A stretch of DNA of 64,000 nt, from the NCBI GenBank assembly GCA_965213705.1, contig OZ243913.1, forward strand, positions 1,568,001 through 1,632,000. Reading direction: 5' to 3'. Below are positions 60,164 to 64,000 of this stretch, one piece after another. The position numbers were made by a program, and so were the translations under genes. The DNA comes from Trueperaceae bacterium. GTDB lineage: Bacteria; Deinococcota; Deinococci; Deinococcales; Trueperaceae. A model generated the notes under the pieces. That model searched no databases. It was not told the DNA's origin and worked only from the letters and a program-made list of their open reading frames with translations. The stretch's first letter is position 1. Every line of letters begins with the position of its first letter.

Positions 60164-60942
60164 GCTTGGTCTTTTCGCGCCGCCCTGCGCAGCGCGATTG
60201 GGTCGTCTCCGATGATAGCGTCTACGCCGAGCTTGGTAAGCGAGGTAATTCTCATGTCGCTGTTGACCGTCCAGGTGTTGACCGCGAGACCGCGTGCGTG
60301 GGCGCGCTGCAGCAGCGCCGCCGTGACTTGCGACTCGTGTGGGTGGAGCGCGTCCGTGTGCAGCCAACCCGCCAGCCAGGGCGTGCGCAGCAGCAAGGGC
60401 AAGTCGGGCGCGTAGAGCAAGCCGGTACGCAACCGCGGCGAAAAAAACCGCACTTTGAGCAGGCTCGCGGGGTTGAAGCTCGAGACCAGCACCCGGTCGG
60501 CCAACCCCGACGCCCGCACCGCCCTCACCAGGTCGCGTTCAAGACGATGCGTCCGCCAGCCCGCCGCTTTGACCTCCAAGTTGAGCAGCGTGCCGGGACA
60601 GCTTTGGGCGAGGTCGAACAGTTCCGAGAGTTTGGCGATGCCTGGCTGTGCCGCGCGCAACTCTTCCCAACCGAGGTCGGCGACGCGCCGGCCCTGCACC
60701 GTAAAGTCGTGAAACAACACCAGCACACCGTCGCGGCTGCGCTGCACGTCGCACTCGACGCCGTCCAGACCCGAGCGAAACGCGTAGCGGAACGCTTCCA
60801 GCGTGTTTTCCGGCCGCGCGCCGCGCACGCCGCGGTGACCGAGCAGCAGCGGCAGTTTCCGGGTCACGCCGGGCAAGCGCCGGGGCCGCCACAGCGCGGT
60901 GCGCCAGAGCAGCGCCAGGACGAGAAGGAACAGGACCGGCAC
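60160..60942 (-). CDS. Glycerophosphodiester phosphodiesterase
   Basis: GHRG, PENT, ECDV, HD, NLEVK, SSF, WTVN; leaderless GTG 60942. Confidence 0.92.
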   Translation of the reverse strand: MPVLFLLVLALLWRTALWRPRRLPGVTRKLPLLLGHRGVRGARPENTLEAFRYAFRSGLDGVECDVQRSRDGVLVLFHDFTVQGRRVADLGWEELRAAQPGIAKLSELFDLAQSCPGTLLNLEVKAAGWRTHRLERDLVRAVRASGLADRVLVSSFNPASLLKVRFFSPRLRTGLLYAPDLPLLLRTPWLAGWLHTDALHPHESQVTAALLQRAHARGLAVNTWTVNSDMRITSLTKLGVDAIIGDDPIALRRAARKDQA

Positions 60943-61354
60943 AGGTTTCAGCTTAACGCAGCCGCGGCTCGAGCGGTGCGTCGGCAACAAGCTTGCCTGG
61001 ATGGCGTTTCTGTGAATGACCGGGACTTCAACGACTCAAGAGAAGCGGACGCGAGAAGAGGTCGACCCGCGCGGTCGTCTCGGTGCCAATTCGCACCAGG
61101 TGGAAACAAGGTTTTTGGCTGTGAGGGTTTTGCTGTAACCGGAAACGGCGTTCTCTCAACATGTTTCCTCTCAACGTGAGGTTCGCCGGCGGGCCCGACC
61201 GGCAAAGCAGCACACCCGCCCCGCGCGTTTGGCCTGGTTCCGTCTGTTCAGGACGAGCGCCTGCGCCGGTCTGGGGTCGCTCGAGCGTGTCCGCATGAGG
61301 TTTTCGCATGAGTTTTCAACCCGTATGCGTTAAACTGGGTCACGGAGGCCTGCG

Positions 61355-61702
61355 GTGAAAGCAGCTCGAGTCGTTCAGTTTGTTTTACTTTTCATTGTCG
61401 TCGCTTACTTGTGGTGGGTGTACAGCGTCAACCAAGCGTACATCGACCTGCCCGGCTTCGTCGCGCTCCCGGCGGGTGTCGTCGTGGCGTTGGTCTTGCT
61501 GCTGGGCTGGCTGCTGGGCTGGCTGCCCAACCGCTTTGCACTGTGGCGCGCCCGGCGTGCGAACGCCAAGTTGAGAGCGCGGCTGGCCGAGTTTGAACCT
61601 TCCGGCGGCCCCGAGCCGGTCAGAACCCTGCGCGACCCCGCCATCCCCGACCGAAACGAGCCCTATCCGGTCGCGCCCGGCCCGGACTACGAAAACCTGT
61701 GA
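61355..61702 (+). CDS. LapA-like two-TM membrane protein
   Basis: GGAGG RBS; TM-loop-TM followed by a coiled segment. Confidence 0.6.
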   Translation: MKAARVVQFVLLFIVVAYLWWVYSVNQAYIDLPGFVALPAGVVVALVLLLGWLLGWLPNRFALWRARRANAKLRARLAEFEPSGGPEPVRTLRDPAIPDRNEPYPVAPGPDYENL

Positions 61703-61777
61703 GGCCGGCGCTTTCGAACACCGCTCAGGTGCGGCGAGCCTGTAGAACCCGAGCCGGCTCGAAGTGAGCGGAACCTG

Positions 61778-64000
61778 ATGGCGGTCGACACGGCCGGCTC
61801 GTCCGGCCCACGCTGGACGGTGCGCCCGCCGCCGCCGCCCGGCGTGGTGCGGGAGCTGGCTCGGGCCCTGTCGGTACCGCCGCTCTTAGCGAGCATCATG
61901 GCGGCGCGCGGCTTGACCGTGGGAGCGACTGCGTTTTTACAGCCCCCCTTAGAGCTCAGCCGAATTCCCAGTTTAGACGCGGCGGCGGAGCGTTTGGAAC
62001 ACGCCCTCCAAAACAAACGCCGCGTCCTCGTCCACGGCGACTACGACGCCGACGGCATCAGCGGCACGGCGGTCCTCACCTTGGGTCTGCGCGCCCTCGG
62101 CGGCGACGTGACGCCGTTTATCCCCGACCGCCTGCACGACGGTTACGGCGTTCACCCCGACCGGGTTGAGGAGCATATCGAGAGGGCCGACCTGTTCATC
62201 ACCGTGGACTGCGGCATCAGCAACCTCGAAGAACTGGCGCGCCTGCAAGCGGCGGGGGTCGAGACCATCGTCAGCGACCACCACCAGCCGGGGACGGAAC
62301 TGCCCGCCGGAATCGTCGTCCACCCGAAACTGTCGCCGCTGGCGAAACAAGGCTTGCCCGAACTCACCGGGGCGGGCGTGGCGTATCACCTGTTGTGGGC
62401 GCTCCACGAACGGCTGGGTCTCGAGCCGCCGGTCGACTACAGCGACCTTGCCACCCTCGGCACCATCGCCGACGTCGCGCCGCTTTTGGGTGAGAACCGG
62501 GCGCTCATCCAAGAGGGGTTGGCGCGGCTCGCTAATTCGCGTTGGCCGGGGGTTCGGGCGATGATTGCGCAGTCGCGGCTCAAAGGGCCGCCGAGCGCCC
62601 AAGACGTCGCTTTCGTGCTGGCCCCGCGCCTCAACGCCGCCGGGCGCTTAGGCGAGGCCGACGTCGGGCTGGAACTGCTCATGACCGCCTCGGAACGGCG
62701 CGCCCGAGAACTGGCCGTCTACTTAGACGCGCGCAACTTGGAACGGCGCAAAATCCAGGACGGCATGTTCCAAGAAGCCCTTCTCAAGTGCGACGACACA
62801 GCGCCCGCCCTGGTGCTCGACGACCCCGGCTGGCACCCCGGCGTCATGGGCATCGTGGCGAGCAAGTTGTTAGAGCGCTACTACAAACCCGTCTACATCA
62901 TCGCGCGGGGCAAGGGCTCGGTGCGCTCCGTCCCCGGCGTCTCGGCGGTGGCGGGTTTGCAGCACGCCGCGCCGCACCTGAAGCGCTTCGGCGGACACTC
63001 GCAGGCGGCGGGGTTCGCGCTGCAGGACCAGGACGTAGCCGCGTTTCGTTCGGCCATTTACGACTTCATGGCGCAACACCCCGCCCGCGAGCGCGTCGTG
63101 GCCGCGGACGCGCTCATCTCGAGCACGCAAGTCGACGACGACCTGTTCAGGGCGATGGCTACCCTAGAGCCCTACGGCGAGGGCCACCGCGCACCCCTGT
63201 TCGCCCTCACCGACCGCCTCGACGCGGCGCGGGCGGTCGGGCAGACGAAGACGACGCTGCAACTCCGCGTCGGCGGGCTCAAGGGCGTCGCCTGGCAGAA
63301 GGGCGAGCTGGCCGAGCAGCTACCCAGCGGCGCGGCGGTCAACACAGTTATCAGCCTGCAAGAAAACGAGTGGCAGGGCAAACGCAGTTTGGAGTTCGTC
63401 GCCGACGACGTGCGCGCGGCGCGCCCCCTGGGGTTCGCCGAGCCGGGGGCGACCGGCAAGTTTTTCAGGGGTCGACCCCGTGACGAGGCCGGCGCCAAAA
63501 AGGTGCACACCCTTCAAGACTTACGCAAAGACGCCCCCTGCTTGTGGCTGCACGCCCTGCCCCTCGAGCCCGACCCCCTGCGCGCAACTCGCGCCCTGCA
63601 CCGCTTGACTGGTGCCGAGGTCTACTTCGACTTGAGCGAAGCAGCCCTGCGCGATTTGGAGACCGCCGCGGCGCACTACCCGAGTCTTCACGACGTGCGC
63701 CGCGGCTTCGTCGCGCTCAAAAGGGGCGGCTGTTTGCCCTTTGAAGACGCGAAAGCCGACGTGGTCGCCGGAATCCTGCGCGAACTCGACCTCGTCGACG
63801 TGGCCGGCCGCGTCCTCCGCGCTCAAAAACGCGACCCCTACCAGTCGGAGACGTTGCTGGACGGGTTGCTCGAGCGCTACAAACTGCAAACCTTTCTAAA
63901 CGCCTATCGGCACCTGGACGACGCCGCTTTTGCCGCAACGGTCGGGATTTTGTTCAAAGACGAAAGCGTTGCGGAAGACGGCACTGGACAAGTGAGTTTG
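61778..64000 (+). CDS. recJ: Single-stranded DNA exonuclease RecJ, runs off right edge
   Basis: Manual translation: HGDYDADG, GYG, TVDCG, SDHH, GTIADV, APRLNAAGR, FGGH.QAAG. Confidence 0.95.
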   Translation, partial: MAVDTAGSSGPRWTVRPPPPPGVVRELARALSVPPLLASIMAARGLTVGATAFLQPPLELSRIPSLDAAAERLEHALQNKRRVLVHGDYDADGISGTAVLTLGLRALGGDVTPFIPDRLHDGYGVHPDRVEEHIERADLFITVDCGISNLEELARLQAAGVETIVSDHHQPGTELPAGIVVHPKLSPLAKQGLPELTGAGVAYHLLWALHERLGLEPPVDYSDLATLGTIADVAPLLGENRALIQEGLARLANSRWPGVRAMIAQSRLKGPPSAQDVAFVLAPRLNAAGRLGEADVGLELLMTASERRARELAVYLDARNLERRKIQDGMFQEALLKCDDTAPALVLDDPGWHPGVMGIVASKLLERYYKPVYIIARGKGSVRSVPGVSAVAGLQHAAPHLKRFGGHSQAAGFALQDQDVAAFRSAIYDFMAQHPARERVVAADALISSTQVDDDLFRAMATLEPYGEGHRAPLFALTDRLDAARAVGQTKTTLQLRVGGLKGVAWQKGELAEQLPSGAAVNTVISLQENEWQGKRSLEFVADDVRAARPLGFAEPGATGKFFRGRPRDEAGAKKVHTLQDLRKDAPCLWLHALPLEPDPLRATRALHRLTGAEVYFDLSEAALRDLETAAAHYPSLHDVRRGFVALKRGGCLPFEDAKADVVAGILRELDLVDVAGRVLRAQKRDPYQSETLLDGLLERYKLQTFLNAYRHLDDAAFAATVGILFKDESVAEDGTGQVSL

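Overview
GC-rich chromosomal segment (roughly 63% GC by eye). It most likely comes from a Deinococcota bacterium (Trueperaceae-like), inferred from gene content, pervasive leaderless TANNNT-N6/7-start promoters and a Deinococcus-type small noncoding repeat. Most of the window is housekeeping or metabolic: K+/Na+ antiporters, metK, cysQ-cysD-cysNC, ada, hslVU, a GH15 glucoamylase, uvrA, prs, TRAP permeases, gyrA, trmFO, mutL/mutS, fabI and recJ. The best candidate for an undescribed system is a tightly coupled five-gene operon at 4.4-7.1 kb: unknown protein, Rad52/DdrA-like annealase, Zn-ribbon microprotein, CHC2-Toprim primase, and DnaJ-type Zn-finger microprotein. It has a near-consensus promoter with a palindromic operator at +1 and no integrase or phage structural genes nearby. 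Other notable signals are a circularly permuted CcdA, a HemC paralog lacking its catalytic residues, strong over-representation of CTCGAG with near absence of GATC, a candidate RDRM site at uvrA, a D-to-N pseudo-receiver, two candidate small RNAs and several short repeat families. All calls come from reading the sequence and recalling motifs; no database searches were run.
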